DNA of 44,871 nucleotides from a virus: IMG/VR virus record IMGVR_UViG_3300045988_128081, positions 1 to 44,871 of that record; one strand, 5' to 3'. Shown piece by piece: positions 3,869 to 13,886 of this stretch (position 1 is its first letter; each line of letters starts with the position of its first letter). The notes under the pieces were generated by a model. It saw only the letters and a program-made list of their open reading frames with translations, ran no database searches and was not told where the DNA came from. The position numbers and the translations under genes were made by a program.

Positions 3869-6800
3869 CTACTTCTTTTGCTTTTTCAGCCACCATTGTT
3901 TGGCCGCGTTCTGCCCCTTTTCATGGGCCTTTTGCATCACTTCCAGTTTTTCTTCCGCGCTCATACGCTCCCAGCGTTCGGCGCTGCAAGCGCTGTCCAC
4001 ATACTCCTGGTAGGTAATCTGGTACAGTGTGTCAAACCGCTCCCGGTCAGCTTCAGGCACTTCATACTGCACTTTTCTGTCAGAGAAGGAGTAACTGGCA
4101 TGGGGCAATGCACTGTCCTTGCCGCTGGCCTCCCATGCGTCATAGGCACGCTGCATATAGGTTTCGCCTGCCTCGTAGTCCGCCTGGTAGCCCTTCGGCA
4201 GCTTTTCAAAACTGGTGGATTCCCTGCCATAGCCGCCCTCAAACAGGCGCATCAGCGGGTTTTCACCGTCAATGTACTTCGCGCGGTATTCGCCAATCAA
4301 CTCTTGAGCCGCCAGGGTATTTTCCATCATGTCCCGTCGCACCCGGCTGGTCAGCACATACTTTTCATGGTCGGTCAGGTCGGTGCGCGCCTCAATTTCA
4401 TCAATCTGCGCATATCCGTCGCTCAGGTACTGCTTTGCTTGCCCTAGCGCTCCCTTGCTGCTGGTCAGCTCTTTGGCCTCGTCCACAGCCGCCCGCAATT
4501 CATCCTCTGTCAGGCCGCGGCGCAGCATATTCATAGGCCGGTCGTTCTTTGCCGCATAGGTTACCTCTTGCAGCATGGACACGCCGTCGTAGAAACTGCT
4601 GGTAATGCCGTTGCTCTTGAGGGGATCGCTGGTTAACCGCCTCCGTGCAGCGGCAATCATGGCTTTGAATCCGCCCATTTGCCCTGTGTACTTGTCTTTG
4701 CTAATGGCGGGAATTGCCATCTGCCCCAGGAAGCCGGTGTACTGTTCCGCCAGGTATTGTAGCGCCATGGGGGATACGTTCAGCACCCGGCCCATCGTCA
4801 CAAAAATATCCGGCGTTTCTTCCGTGTACTGGGTAGACGGGTCCCATCCCTCCATACGGTCAGGGATAATCTTGCTGCCATACCAGTTCCGGTTTGTAGA
4901 CAAAGAATTTGCGGCATCAAAGATCGTTCCGTTCACAGGGTTGAATCCGTCCAGTATGTTCTTGCCAATAGCCTCCAGGCTGATCATAAGGTCGTCACCC
5001 TGCCCGCTCCAAATCACATTGCTGACAAAGCCGTGTACCGCTCGCGTCAGCGGGTTTTGCCCTAACGGAATTCGCAGATAGGGCGCATCACCGAAGATGA
5101 ATGGGGCAAAGTTCGGAATAAAGAAGTTGTCTGCTTTCAGTTCTTCGCTCAGGTAGCGGTATTCTTCCTTATCCTCGTCATCCGTGTGCTTAAGCACCAG
5201 CAGATTGGCAAGGACAGAGGCCAAAGCCGTATTGACCACCGTCTTGGTAAAGCGCGCGGGCAGACGGCTTCTTTCGGCCTTTGTCAGGTACTCGCGCCCG
5301 GTCTGGTAGATACCTTGCGAGCTGGCGCCCAGGAAGGGAATCACCTGCTTCAGGTCGCTGGCAATATTGCTGTAGCCGCTCCGGCTAAAGTCTACCGTCG
5401 CTTCCTGTGCGTTCAGGAAGGCCTGCTGTTTTCCCTGGGCCGTACTCTTGTCCTGCGTTCCGTAGCGGTATTCCGCATAGCGGCTGGTTTGCTCCACAAC
5501 CTCATTCAGCCTGGCAAAGGTGATGGCGTTCCACACCTTTTTCCCTGCCCATTTCGCCGTTCGGCCTGCGTTGCTGGTGTCGTACCCCTTAAACAGATCG
5601 CTGCGGTATGCGTCGGCTCCTTTTTTGCTGTTGCTTTCAATGCGGTTCCAGCCGCCGCCGCCCAGGGCCTTGTAATCGGCGTATTCGCCTTTTTCACGCC
5701 ACACATCCCATGCGCTGCGCACCCACTTTAGCACGCCGGTGCCGTAATTGCTGGCCCAGCTGCCGTAGGTTACAGACTGCTGGAAGTCACGCGCAAAGTT
5801 GCGAATGGCAAATACCGGGTTGCTGCCAGTGGTCAGGGCGCTCATGGCTTTGGTCGCCTTGCCAATCAGCTGCCATACCTTCCCTGCGGTCTCCTTGTAC
5901 CCGCTCATGGCCTTGTACAGTTCCGGGTCAAAGATTTCATAATAGGCTTTGCTGCCGTCCGGCTTTTGCACGGTCAGCACATTGGGCAGGTTTACATCGC
6001 CTGTGCCCTTCCATTGCGTCTGCTCGGGGCCAATCGCGGACAACACTTGCTGCATCACGTCCGTGTCTGTGTCGGCGCCCTCCAAAATCTTCTGAATCTT
6101 CTTTTGCAATCCGGTGGTGTCAACGCTGTCCGCCTGAATGTCCTGGGTTACTTCACGGCCATACAACCCCAAACCTTCGTATCGATGGTATACGTCGTCC
6201 CAGACAAGGGCCGTGTTGTTCTGGCTTACCATGTTCACAACGCTGTCCACCATTTGCACAAAGCTGTCCATAGGATTGTAAATGTTCTCCGTGGAACCTT
6301 TGGCTCTCTTAATGGAGAAGGTTTTTCCGCTAACGCCGCTGCCGCTTCCCTTCCCGTCCTTCATACGGAAGGTGGGCACATAATGAGGGTACATTTTGTT
6401 AAACAGGTCAAGGGTCGCCTGGCTCATGTAGCCTGTGTCTACCAGGAATGCCTGCATAAATTCATTTCTGAATTGCTGGAACTCCTGCTCGGCTTTGGCT
6501 ACAGCGGGATTGTTCTGCTGCACATCCTGAATAAAGGCCTGCCGCTGTTCGGTGGTCATGCTGCTGTCAAATACCGGTTTCCCCGCCGCGTCACGGTCTA
6601 AGGAGTGCAGGGCCAGCATGTAATTGTTCAGCAGGTCAAAGTCCTTGCCGGTTATTCCGGCGCGCTCAAAACGGGTTGCAAGACCATCACCAATGATCTG
6701 CCAGTTGCTGTCCGTCAGCTCTCCTGTCAGCATATTGTAGGCCCTACGGCTGGCCGTATTGCCCATAATCGCCGTATTGCGCAGGTTTTCTCCCATGGCT

Positions 6801-9800
6801 ACATCGTTGCCGCCGGTCTGCTCCCGAATCACGTTGTTGATATCTTCCAAAACGGCTGTGGAATCTACCAGCATATCCGTCAGCTTTACCCGGATATCCC
6901 GCAGGCTGCTGCTGGGCTTTTCGCTGCGGTTTTTCACCACGGCTCCAATGCGCTGGTTTACAGTCGCGTTTACATAGGCGTGCATTTCGTCACGGGCCTG
7001 GTGGACCTGCTTGTCCAGACCGTTTTTGCGCAATGCCTGTTCAAAGTCATGCAGGTAAGCGTCACCGGCAAATTCCTGGGCGGCGGTATCATCCGTCATG
7101 TAGCGCCACATAAATTCTGCGAACGCCTCGCCGGGGAGCGCTTCTTGGCTGTAGCTCTGGTTGAAAACAGGGTCAAGGTTGGCTACCATTTCGGCCGTTC
7201 CGGTCATGCCGATTTTGTCAGCAATTGCATGGCCCAGCTCATGCATGGTAGTGGAAATGTTGCCCGCCTCCGTGGAACGCACAGCCAGATATTTGGCCTG
7301 GGTATCATAATATCCCAGCACGCCCTTGGGCACCTTTCTGCTTCCAATATCCTGTCCTACATGCAATTCTTTAGCCAAGGTTTTCGCCGTGTCTACAGGG
7401 CTTTTCACCTTGCTGCCAGATGCAACGCCGGTTTCACTGTTTGTCTTTACCGTCCGTGCGGATACCGCTGCATTTTGCCGTTGAGCCCCTTTTTGGCTCG
7501 TTTCAGCCCTGCTGCCGCCTGCCTGCCCATTCTCCTGCGCGTTAGCCGCCGGGGCCGTATTCTGGCCGTTCTGGGCGGTTGTAGCGCTGCCGGGGATATT
7601 CCCTGCGGAATCGGGTATACTGGTATTGACAGTTCCTGCATCCTGCGGTATACTGTTAGCAGAGCCGATAGTGTCCTCGCCGATAGGCAAGTAGAGCCGT
7701 GTAGACCGGGACCAGTCATCGGCTCTGTTTTTGTCTACATACAGAATTTCGCTCCGGTCAATAAACTCCTGCGCATGGGTGTCTTTTCCGTATGCACTGT
7801 TCAGTCGAATGATATCAACGTCCACACGGCCCGTTTTCGTGTTGGCTTTCATACTGGTATCAATAATCGCCAGCACCGGCGCACCGTTCGCATCCATCAC
7901 TTCGCCAAACATCGTCAGTCGGTCAGGCACCGTCAGTGATTTCATAACCACAACCGGGTTCTCCACAATATCGGGAATCTGTTTAATGACTGCATCCGTC
8001 ATGGCGGGGTGGTCTTTTTTGATTTTCGCCACCTTGTCGCTCAACAGGTTGATGTCCGCATCAGGCACGCCAAGGGAAAGAAGCACATCAGAGGTGTGGC
8101 CGACTGTAAATTCCTTGCCTTTGGACTGGCCGTCCCATGCGTCCAGCTCTCTGGCAAACCGGTCCTTGTAGGACATGCTGTCAAGGGCCGCCTGCTCCCG
8201 TGCCGCCGCCTTCTGCTCCTGCCGCATGGCCTGTTGTTCCAGCGCCACGGTCCGGGCCTGGTTCACGCCCTCCTGCTGGGCCGCGCGCAGCTTGCCGGTA
8301 GCGTCCGCCAGGGCCTGCATATTGGTCTGGTACTGCCGGGCCGCCTTTTGCCGCGCGTCACGGGCCTTGGCCCATTGGTCCAGCGCCTGGGATTCGGCGG
8401 CAATCGTTTCCTGGTTCAGGTTCTGCTGCCGGGCCGTCCTGGCCTGGGTTAACGCGTCGTCGGCCGCCGTAAAGCGGGCATTCGCGTCAGCAAGGTCGGT
8501 TTGGGCCTCTCTGGCCTGCTGTGCCGCCTTGTTGGCCGCCTCCTGGGCCGCGTCCACCCGGCCAGTGTCCACCTGTCCCAGGGCGTTAACGGTTTCGTCC
8601 GCCAGCTGGCTGCGCTCCACAGCGTTGTCCATGGCGCTGGCGGCGGCGGCGTCCTTCATGTCCAGCTCGTACATCTGCGTCAGGCCCACCACGTCCTCGC
8701 TGGTCACCTTGGCGGGCATGTCCGCCAGTACGGCGGCGCTCTCGCTGTCAGGGCTCAGCATCGCCATGGAAATGGCCTGGGCCGCCTTGCCCTTGTCCTG
8801 CGCCGCCTCCATAATCCGCGTTACCTTGCCCAGAGTGCCGCTCTCGGTCACAGCCTTGGCCGTGGCGGTAGCGGTGGCGGGCTCCACACCCCAGCTGCGC
8901 ATGGCCGCGTCCACGCTGGCGGTCTGCTGCACCGTGCCTACGCCGTTCTGCTGGGCGGTGTACAGCACGTTCAGGGCGTTCTGGCTCTGGGTGTCCCGCT
9001 GGCTTTCAGCCTGCACCGGCTCTGCGGCAGGCTGGGTGTTTTCCACCGGCTGGGCCGCTTCCTGCTGCTGAGTGGCCTGCTGCGTTTCCGGGCTGGTGTT
9101 TTGCCGGGTGTCCTGACTCTGGGTGTCCGCCTTTTTCCCACGGCTGGCAATCTTGCCGCCCAGGTACGCGCCCGCGCTGCTCATTCCGCCGGATACCGTG
9201 CCCGCCAATGCGGCGTACAGGGCCTGCTTCGTCAGGTCGGCAAAGGCGGCCCGCGCGGCTTCCTCCTGGGTCATACCCATTTCGTCCTGATACTGCCGCA
9301 CGTTCTCCGCAAATTCGGATTCATCGCCCATCACCATAAAGTCACCGGCAGCGCCCAGGTACTCGCTTAACCCTTCACCTACGCCCTCGCCGATGATCTC
9401 ATCCATAATGGCCTTAAACACCTTGCCGCCAGCCGACCCGGCCTCATACAGCTCAGTCAGCCTGTCAAAGGGAATCTTTTCCGTCACAGCTTCCGCCGCG
9501 CCGGACGCTATGCCCGCCCATACCGCCGTTTTGGTATCCGCGCCCTTCATCCGGGCCTCCTGCATGGCGTTGCTGGCGGCCTCCGCGCTCATCAGGGCCA
9601 AACCGGCGTTCTGGAATCTGGTTACCCCTCCAATGCCAGCGCTCACCAAACTGTCCCCGCTGGACATCATCGCGTCATAGAAGAAGGCAAAAACCTTCTT
9701 CGCCAGCTCATTGTCGCCCACAGCCTCGGCAAACCTGTCCTTCACGCCCTGTCGGCTGCTGCTGATCATGCGGTTCGCGGAAAAGGCGGGGGCGTTTGGG

Positions 9801-12277
9801 TCAGCCTCTTCGCCTTTTAGCATTTGCAGCAGGGTATAAACCACACCTTCCGCCTGCAACGGGCTGGTCGCTACGGATACAAGGCTGGCCGTCACAGGCA
9901 GTTTCTGGCCAAGCTCGTTGGCCGCTTCCGTCTCGGCAACGGCATACCGTTCCTCCAGGTTGCCTCTCAGGTCCGCGTAATAGGCCAGCGCTTCTTCACG
10001 GCCCTGCGCGGCGTACAGATACTTAAAATTGCTTCGCTCGTCATCCGTCATTTCCATGGCGTAAAACAAATCCGGATTGGTACGAATCAGCGCCTGCGGG
10101 TTCTGCATGGGGGAATGGATATACTGGTTTACAGCCTCGGGCGCTTTCACGGCGGCAATCACTTCATCGTCGGCGTTGTTCATCCGCGCAACGTCCGTGT
10201 TCATCTCCGCCTGGTCAAAGGCCGCAACCCCGTCCGCGTAATCCTCGTTGTCTTTCAGCCGGTAGCTGGCAATCAGCCGTCCCTGGCTCAGCAGCTGCTC
10301 CCGCGCCGCCTGCATGTTCTCAATGTAAGCGTCCGGCGCGCCCCAGTCCTGCGCGTCCTCAATGGCCTGGTCCAGGGTGGCTAGCTGCGCCTGGTTGTTC
10401 TTCAGCGCGGCAGAGGTATAAACGGCGGTGTCGGCCCCCTCCTGCTGTGCCTGTCCAATCAGGCCGTACACGCTGCCGTCCACTCTGGGCGCCGCCTGGA
10501 ATCCGGCAATGTAGTCCATGGTGTTCTTGTGGGCCCGGTATTCCGGCGTGTCGTCGCCATAGGCTTCTTTCCACTGGGCTTCAATGGCGGCCACCTCATC
10601 AGCGGACGCCTGGTTCGTTTCGGCAATGTCGGCCTTTTCCCAGTATTCCTCAATGCCGCTGGTGTTCCACTCGTTCAGCAGCTGTTCGGCCTCCTGGTCG
10701 CCTTCCGCCGCCTGCTGGGCAAGGGACTGGGCCACCTTGGCCGTGTAGTCCTCGCTGTCAGGCGCAACCCCCGCCTTGTCCAAAATGCGGGTCAGCCCTT
10801 CGGAATAATCCGGCTGGGCGCTTCTGGCGGCCACGGCGTTCAGGTACCCGGTGGCCGTCTGCTGGGAAACCGTCCGCTGCCTGCTGGCCGCAGCGCCCTC
10901 CTTTCCCGCCGTCCCCTGGGCAATGTCCTGCTGTAGCTTGGCGGTCGTCGTGCCGTAGGACGCTTTGCCGGTAGCGCTCACGCTGGCCTGTTCCTCGGCG
11001 GTTCCGCTTTCCAGTACGGCGCTGGTATATTTTCGCTGCTGCCGGGCGGCGGCGCTGTCCACCATCTCCTGGGTATCGCCATAGTCCGTGTAGGCCCCGG
11101 TGGCGCTGGCAACCCGCCCGGTATACTGGCTGTCGGGCTCCGCACCGTAAAGCCGGGTATACGCCTGGTCATAGGCCTTGCGCATTCCTTCCGGGTCGTA
11201 GGCCACAGCCCGTGTCAGCGCGATGGGGCTTCCCTTGGCAATGCCCTCCTGCATGGCCCGCAGTGTCGAATAGTCTCCGCTGCTGTCAAAGTCGGCAGGC
11301 ATGGCCTCGTCATAGGTAAGCCCGGAGCGCAATCCGGATTCCAGCGTGCTTTTCAGGCTTTCCAGCTCGCTTTCCGCTTTTTTCGTCTTTTGCTCGGCGG
11401 CGTATACCTTGGCGTATTCGTCCGTTCCCCGGTATTGCAGGTTGTTTTCCAGCCAGTCCGCGTCAAAGCCGTTTACGCCGTACAGCCGCATTTCATCGTC
11501 CATGGTGCTGCCAACCAGGTAGGGGTTGTAGCCAGGATTGCTGGGGTCAAGTCGGGCGGCCTTCTGGCTGTCCCGCTGGTACTGCTTCCCATATCCACCG
11601 GCGGAAAGGCCCGCGTTAATCGTCATGTCGTCGGTGGCAATGTCCGGGTTGCGGGCGGCCCACAGCACGCCGTACATAGCGTCCTCGTTGTATCCGATGG
11701 GCTGGGTCAGGTAAACGGTCTGGCCCCCGTCCTTGGTCGCGTTCATCTTCGCCAGGGTGGGGTAGTTCTTCCAGTTAATCCGCCCGATGATCTCATCATC
11801 GCTGTAGTTTCGGTCGTTCTGCGCCCAGTAGGCCAGTTCCCCTTGCAAATTCTGCCATTCCGTCATGGCCTTTTCGGTCTGGGCGTTGTATTTGGGGTTG
11901 CTGCTGGTGGGCGCGTCATACACGCTGTACAGCGGGCTGGAAGGATCCGCAACGGCTTCCTCATACAGGCCGTATAGGTCCTGCCCCTTGGCCTCGTCCC
12001 GCTCCGTTTCCTTTGCGATCTGGGATAGCCAGTACCGGCGGCTGGTCTCAGGGGCGGCTGGGCTCACACTCTCCTGATAACGCTGCGCCGGGCTCGTCTG
12101 GCTGCTCTGCTGACGGCGCGCACTCGAACTTCCGCTTACGGCGTTTCCTTTGGCAATGCCGGTCGCAACAGCGTGACTGCTGCCGGAACCGCTCTGCTTC
12201 GTTTTCCGCACACGGTCAGCGGGCCGCTGTTTATCCTTCTCCTGCTGCACAACCGCGCGGCTTCTTACTGCTTCCAT
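3869..12277 (-). CDS. Giant polyvalent-type protein (2802 aa) with a MuF-C-terminal-like domain and a zincin metallopeptidase domain
   Basis: Single uninterrupted ORF with RBS GCAGGAGG. HELGH at aa 1679-1683 (nt 7229..7243) and GEAFAEF at aa 1716-1722 (nt 7109..7132) form a gluzincin signature. Around aa 1380-1520, VGHTSDVLLSLGV...IKQIPDIVENPVVVMKS...APVLAIID...RLNSAYGKD resembles the MuF C-terminal domain of polyvalent proteins. Also has Ser/Gln-rich linkers, coiled coils and Gly/Ala-rich amphipathic segments. Confidence 0.85.
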   Translation of the reverse strand: MEAVRSRAVVQQEKDKQRPADRVRKTKQSGSGSSHAVATGIAKGNAVSGSSSARRQQSSQTSPAQRYQESVSPAAPETSRRYWLSQIAKETERDEAKGQDLYGLYEEAVADPSSPLYSVYDAPTSSNPKYNAQTEKAMTEWQNLQGELAYWAQNDRNYSDDEIIGRINWKNYPTLAKMNATKDGGQTVYLTQPIGYNEDAMYGVLWAARNPDIATDDMTINAGLSAGGYGKQYQRDSQKAARLDPSNPGYNPYLVGSTMDDEMRLYGVNGFDADWLENNLQYRGTDEYAKVYAAEQKTKKAESELESLKSTLESGLRSGLTYDEAMPADFDSSGDYSTLRAMQEGIAKGSPIALTRAVAYDPEGMRKAYDQAYTRLYGAEPDSQYTGRVASATGAYTDYGDTQEMVDSAAARQQRKYTSAVLESGTAEEQASVSATGKASYGTTTAKLQQDIAQGTAGKEGAAASRQRTVSQQTATGYLNAVAARSAQPDYSEGLTRILDKAGVAPDSEDYTAKVAQSLAQQAAEGDQEAEQLLNEWNTSGIEEYWEKADIAETNQASADEVAAIEAQWKEAYGDDTPEYRAHKNTMDYIAGFQAAPRVDGSVYGLIGQAQQEGADTAVYTSAALKNNQAQLATLDQAIEDAQDWGAPDAYIENMQAAREQLLSQGRLIASYRLKDNEDYADGVAAFDQAEMNTDVARMNNADDEVIAAVKAPEAVNQYIHSPMQNPQALIRTNPDLFYAMEMTDDERSNFKYLYAAQGREEALAYYADLRGNLEERYAVAETEAANELGQKLPVTASLVSVATSPLQAEGVVYTLLQMLKGEEADPNAPAFSANRMISSSRQGVKDRFAEAVGDNELAKKVFAFFYDAMMSSGDSLVSAGIGGVTRFQNAGLALMSAEAASNAMQEARMKGADTKTAVWAGIASGAAEAVTEKIPFDRLTELYEAGSAGGKVFKAIMDEIIGEGVGEGLSEYLGAAGDFMVMGDESEFAENVRQYQDEMGMTQEEAARAAFADLTKQALYAALAGTVSGGMSSAGAYLGGKIASRGKKADTQSQDTRQNTSPETQQATQQQEAAQPVENTQPAAEPVQAESQRDTQSQNALNVLYTAQQNGVGTVQQTASVDAAMRSWGVEPATATATAKAVTESGTLGKVTRIMEAAQDKGKAAQAISMAMLSPDSESAAVLADMPAKVTSEDVVGLTQMYELDMKDAAAASAMDNAVERSQLADETVNALGQVDTGRVDAAQEAANKAAQQAREAQTDLADANARFTAADDALTQARTARQQNLNQETIAAESQALDQWAKARDARQKAARQYQTNMQALADATGKLRAAQQEGVNQARTVALEQQAMRQEQKAAAREQAALDSMSYKDRFARELDAWDGQSKGKEFTVGHTSDVLLSLGVPDADINLLSDKVAKIKKDHPAMTDAVIKQIPDIVENPVVVMKSLTVPDRLTMFGEVMDANGAPVLAIIDTSMKANTKTGRVDVDIIRLNSAYGKDTHAQEFIDRSEILYVDKNRADDWSRSTRLYLPIGEDTIGSANSIPQDAGTVNTSIPDSAGNIPGSATTAQNGQNTAPAANAQENGQAGGSRAETSQKGAQRQNAAVSARTVKTNSETGVASGSKVKSPVDTAKTLAKELHVGQDIGSRKVPKGVLGYYDTQAKYLAVRSTEAGNISTTMHELGHAIADKIGMTGTAEMVANLDPVFNQSYSQEALPGEAFAEFMWRYMTDDTAAQEFAGDAYLHDFEQALRKNGLDKQVHQARDEMHAYVNATVNQRIGAVVKNRSEKPSSSLRDIRVKLTDMLVDSTAVLEDINNVIREQTGGNDVAMGENLRNTAIMGNTASRRAYNMLTGELTDSNWQIIGDGLATRFERAGITGKDFDLLNNYMLALHSLDRDAAGKPVFDSSMTTEQRQAFIQDVQQNNPAVAKAEQEFQQFRNEFMQAFLVDTGYMSQATLDLFNKMYPHYVPTFRMKDGKGSGSGVSGKTFSIKRAKGSTENIYNPMDSFVQMVDSVVNMVSQNNTALVWDDVYHRYEGLGLYGREVTQDIQADSVDTTGLQKKIQKILEGADTDTDVMQQVLSAIGPEQTQWKGTGDVNLPNVLTVQKPDGSKAYYEIFDPELYKAMSGYKETAGKVWQLIGKATKAMSALTTGSNPVFAIRNFARDFQQSVTYGSWASNYGTGVLKWVRSAWDVWREKGEYADYKALGGGGWNRIESNSKKGADAYRSDLFKGYDTSNAGRTAKWAGKKVWNAITFARLNEVVEQTSRYAEYRYGTQDKSTAQGKQQAFLNAQEATVDFSRSGYSNIASDLKQVIPFLGASSQGIYQTGREYLTKAERSRLPARFTKTVVNTALASVLANLLVLKHTDDEDKEEYRYLSEELKADNFFIPNFAPFIFGDAPYLRIPLGQNPLTRAVHGFVSNVIWSGQGDDLMISLEAIGKNILDGFNPVNGTIFDAANSLSTNRNWYGSKIIPDRMEGWDPSTQYTEETPDIFVTMGRVLNVSPMALQYLAEQYTGFLGQMAIPAISKDKYTGQMGGFKAMIAAARRRLTSDPLKSNGITSSFYDGVSMLQEVTYAAKNDRPMNMLRRGLTEDELRAAVDEAKELTSSKGALGQAKQYLSDGYAQIDEIEARTDLTDHEKYVLTSRVRRDMMENTLAAQELIGEYRAKYIDGENPLMRLFEGGYGRESTSFEKLPKGYQADYEAGETYMQRAYDAWEASGKDSALPHASYSFSDRKVQYEVPEADRERFDTLYQITYQEYVDSACSAERWERMSAEEKLEVMQKAHEKGQNAAKQWWLKKQKK

Positions 12278-12292
12278 GCCAGTCCTCCTGCA

Positions 12293-13132
12293 TTAATACT
12301 TGGTGGTTTGCCTTGTGTAGGCGTTGGAAGAACCCATTCTGGACAGCTTTGTTTCGTTGGAACCTCTGCTTCTTCTGGTGCCAATCTGGCTCAGCCCGGA
12401 TTTCAGCTTGTCAAAGGCTCCGCCGCTGCCGCCGGCGCTCGTCTTGCTGCTTCGGCTCCCACCGCCGCCATATCCGCCACCGCCGCCGCTTCCGCCGCCA
12501 TACTTGGCGTTAAACTCGGCCTGCCACTGGTTGTCCTGCACGCCTTCCCGCTCGGCCTGGTGCTGGTACTCGTAAATGTTCATGGCAAGCTGGTTCCGGG
12601 CGTTGCGGTCGGCCTGGCCGCGCTCGTATTCCCGGGCTTCCAACTGGTCCACATAGGCCAAAATGTCCTGCTGCTGGGCCTCGTCGTACTGGGCCAGCTG
12701 GGCAGCCAGCTGCTGGCTCAGCTGTTTGCGCTGTTCACCAATATTGCCCTCCTGCTGCGCCTGGGCATCGTTAATGGCCTGCTGGGCTTTGTCCCCTTCC
12801 AGGCCAATATTCGCCAGCGTGGCGTTGTTGTAGCTGCTTCGCTGCATGCCGCGGCTCAGCATGTGCCTGTCAGCGTCCGCCAGGGTTTCCCTGTATTTCT
12901 TCGCGCTCTGCTCCCGCTGCTTGTCGTAGGTGCTTTGCAACCCGGCCAGCTGCTGGGCCAGCGCCTGGTCGTTCTGGTCGTACTGCTGCCGGGCGGTCAA
13001 CCGCTTTTGCCCATACACACTGGCATACCGGTTCGCCGCCTCCTGCTGCATCTGTTCCTGGGTTAGCGGCGTATACGCGTTCTGATTGGATTGATTCAGT
13101 TTGGTAATCAAATCTTCCAGCGACGTAGCCAT
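12293..13132 (-). CDS. Gln-rich coiled-coil protein with a Gly-rich tail (279 aa)
   Basis: Start at MATSLEDL (ATG 13132), AAGGAG 7 nt upstream. Long heptad-like Q/A/E-rich region. GGGSGGGGGYGGGGS near the C-terminus. Confidence 0.7.
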   Translation of the reverse strand: MATSLEDLITKLNQSNQNAYTPLTQEQMQQEAANRYASVYGQKRLTARQQYDQNDQALAQQLAGLQSTYDKQREQSAKKYRETLADADRHMLSRGMQRSSYNNATLANIGLEGDKAQQAINDAQAQQEGNIGEQRKQLSQQLAAQLAQYDEAQQQDILAYVDQLEAREYERGQADRNARNQLAMNIYEYQHQAEREGVQDNQWQAEFNAKYGGGSGGGGGYGGGGSRSSKTSAGGSGGAFDKLKSGLSQIGTRRSRGSNETKLSRMGSSNAYTRQTTKY

Positions 13133-13148
13133 CCTATCACTCCTTGTC

Positions 13149-13177
13149 AAAAAGCGGCGAGGATTTCTCCCCGCCGC
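13149..13177 (-). terminator. Strong intrinsic terminator between the lysis cassette and the coiled-coil/giant gene pair
   Basis: Minus strand GCGGCGGGGA-gaaa-TCCTCGCCGC (one mismatch) followed by TTTTT. Confidence 0.7.
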
Positions 13178-13186
13178 CATATCTCT

Positions 13187-13570
13187 TTACTGTTTCACGT
13201 TTTCGGGCGGTTTTGGCTCCGTTTTCGCAAAAGTAATCTCATAAGCGCCCATAGCCGTCAGGGCCGCCAACAGGGCGTTTACAGCCGCAAGAATCCCTTT
13301 TTCAATCGTTAAACCGCTGGTAAAGGCCGTCGCTACTAACATTGTGGCCAGTGCAATCACATATACAAATACTCTTGTGGGAATCTTCCATACCTTGTCC
13401 AGCGGCGCTTTGAAGAACTGCACCACAAGCAGGGTAAAGGCCGCCGCACCGGCAATGGTCCCCAGGTACTCCCAGGTGTAGGGCTCTACCGGGGCCTCCT
13501 CGGCCAGTGCCAGCACAGGAATAGCCAGCAGAAACATGGCAAACAGAAACAGGGTAAACAGCTTTTTCAT
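13187..13570 (-). CDS. Multi-pass membrane protein, putative holin (127 aa)
   Basis: ORF track. N-terminal signal-like helix plus about three further hydrophobic helices. Adjacent to the endolysin. Confidence 0.6.
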   Translation of the reverse strand: MKKLFTLFLFAMFLLAIPVLALAEEAPVEPYTWEYLGTIAGAAAFTLLVVQFFKAPLDKVWKIPTRVFVYVIALATMLVATAFTSGLTIEKGILAAVNALLAALTAMGAYEITFAKTEPKPPENVKQ

Positions 13571-13586
13571 TCGGTTCTCCTCCTAA

Positions 13587-13886
13587 TCATCCACGAAAGG
13601 GCAGTTTTTTAACCGTTTCCATGACACGTTGGGCACTTCCGTTCCCGCCGCGTTCACGGTAAGGCTCATACAGGTAGTCGTTCAGGTTTTCATACTCGTC
13701 CTGGGTGATGTACCCCCGGTTGATGTACTTTACCCCCAGATAACAAATTCGGTCATGCGCCAGTCCTATCAGCAGCCGGGTATTGGCGTCGCGCTTGTCC
13801 TGCTTGCTTTGCAGAAAAGCCCAAAACCCGCTGGACGCCGCCACGGCGCATACAATGGTTACGATCATTTGTACCCAGTCCATCAT
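13587..13886 (-). CDS. Single-pass membrane protein, lysis-associated (99 aa)
   Basis: N-terminal TM helix MIVTIVCAVAASSGFWAFL, then a soluble LLIGLAHDRICYLG...GGNG domain. Its start overlaps the endolysin stop. Confidence 0.6.
   Translation of the reverse strand: MMDWVQMIVTIVCAVAASSGFWAFLQSKQDKRDANTRLLIGLAHDRICYLGVKYINRGYITQDEYENLNDYLYEPYRERGGNGSAQRVMETVKKLPFRG

Noticed and set aside
5763-5815. A motif-B-like string in the giant protein (R-x3-R-x7-YG: AIRNFARDFQQSVTYGS), reminiscent of T7/N4-type single-subunit RNA polymerases. It raised the idea of an N4-like virion RNAP.
   Set aside because: I could not find matching motif A or motif C (HD[S/A]) at the expected distances. The nearest Asp-containing strand is only about 40 aa upstream. 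A single short match in 2802 aa is expected by chance.
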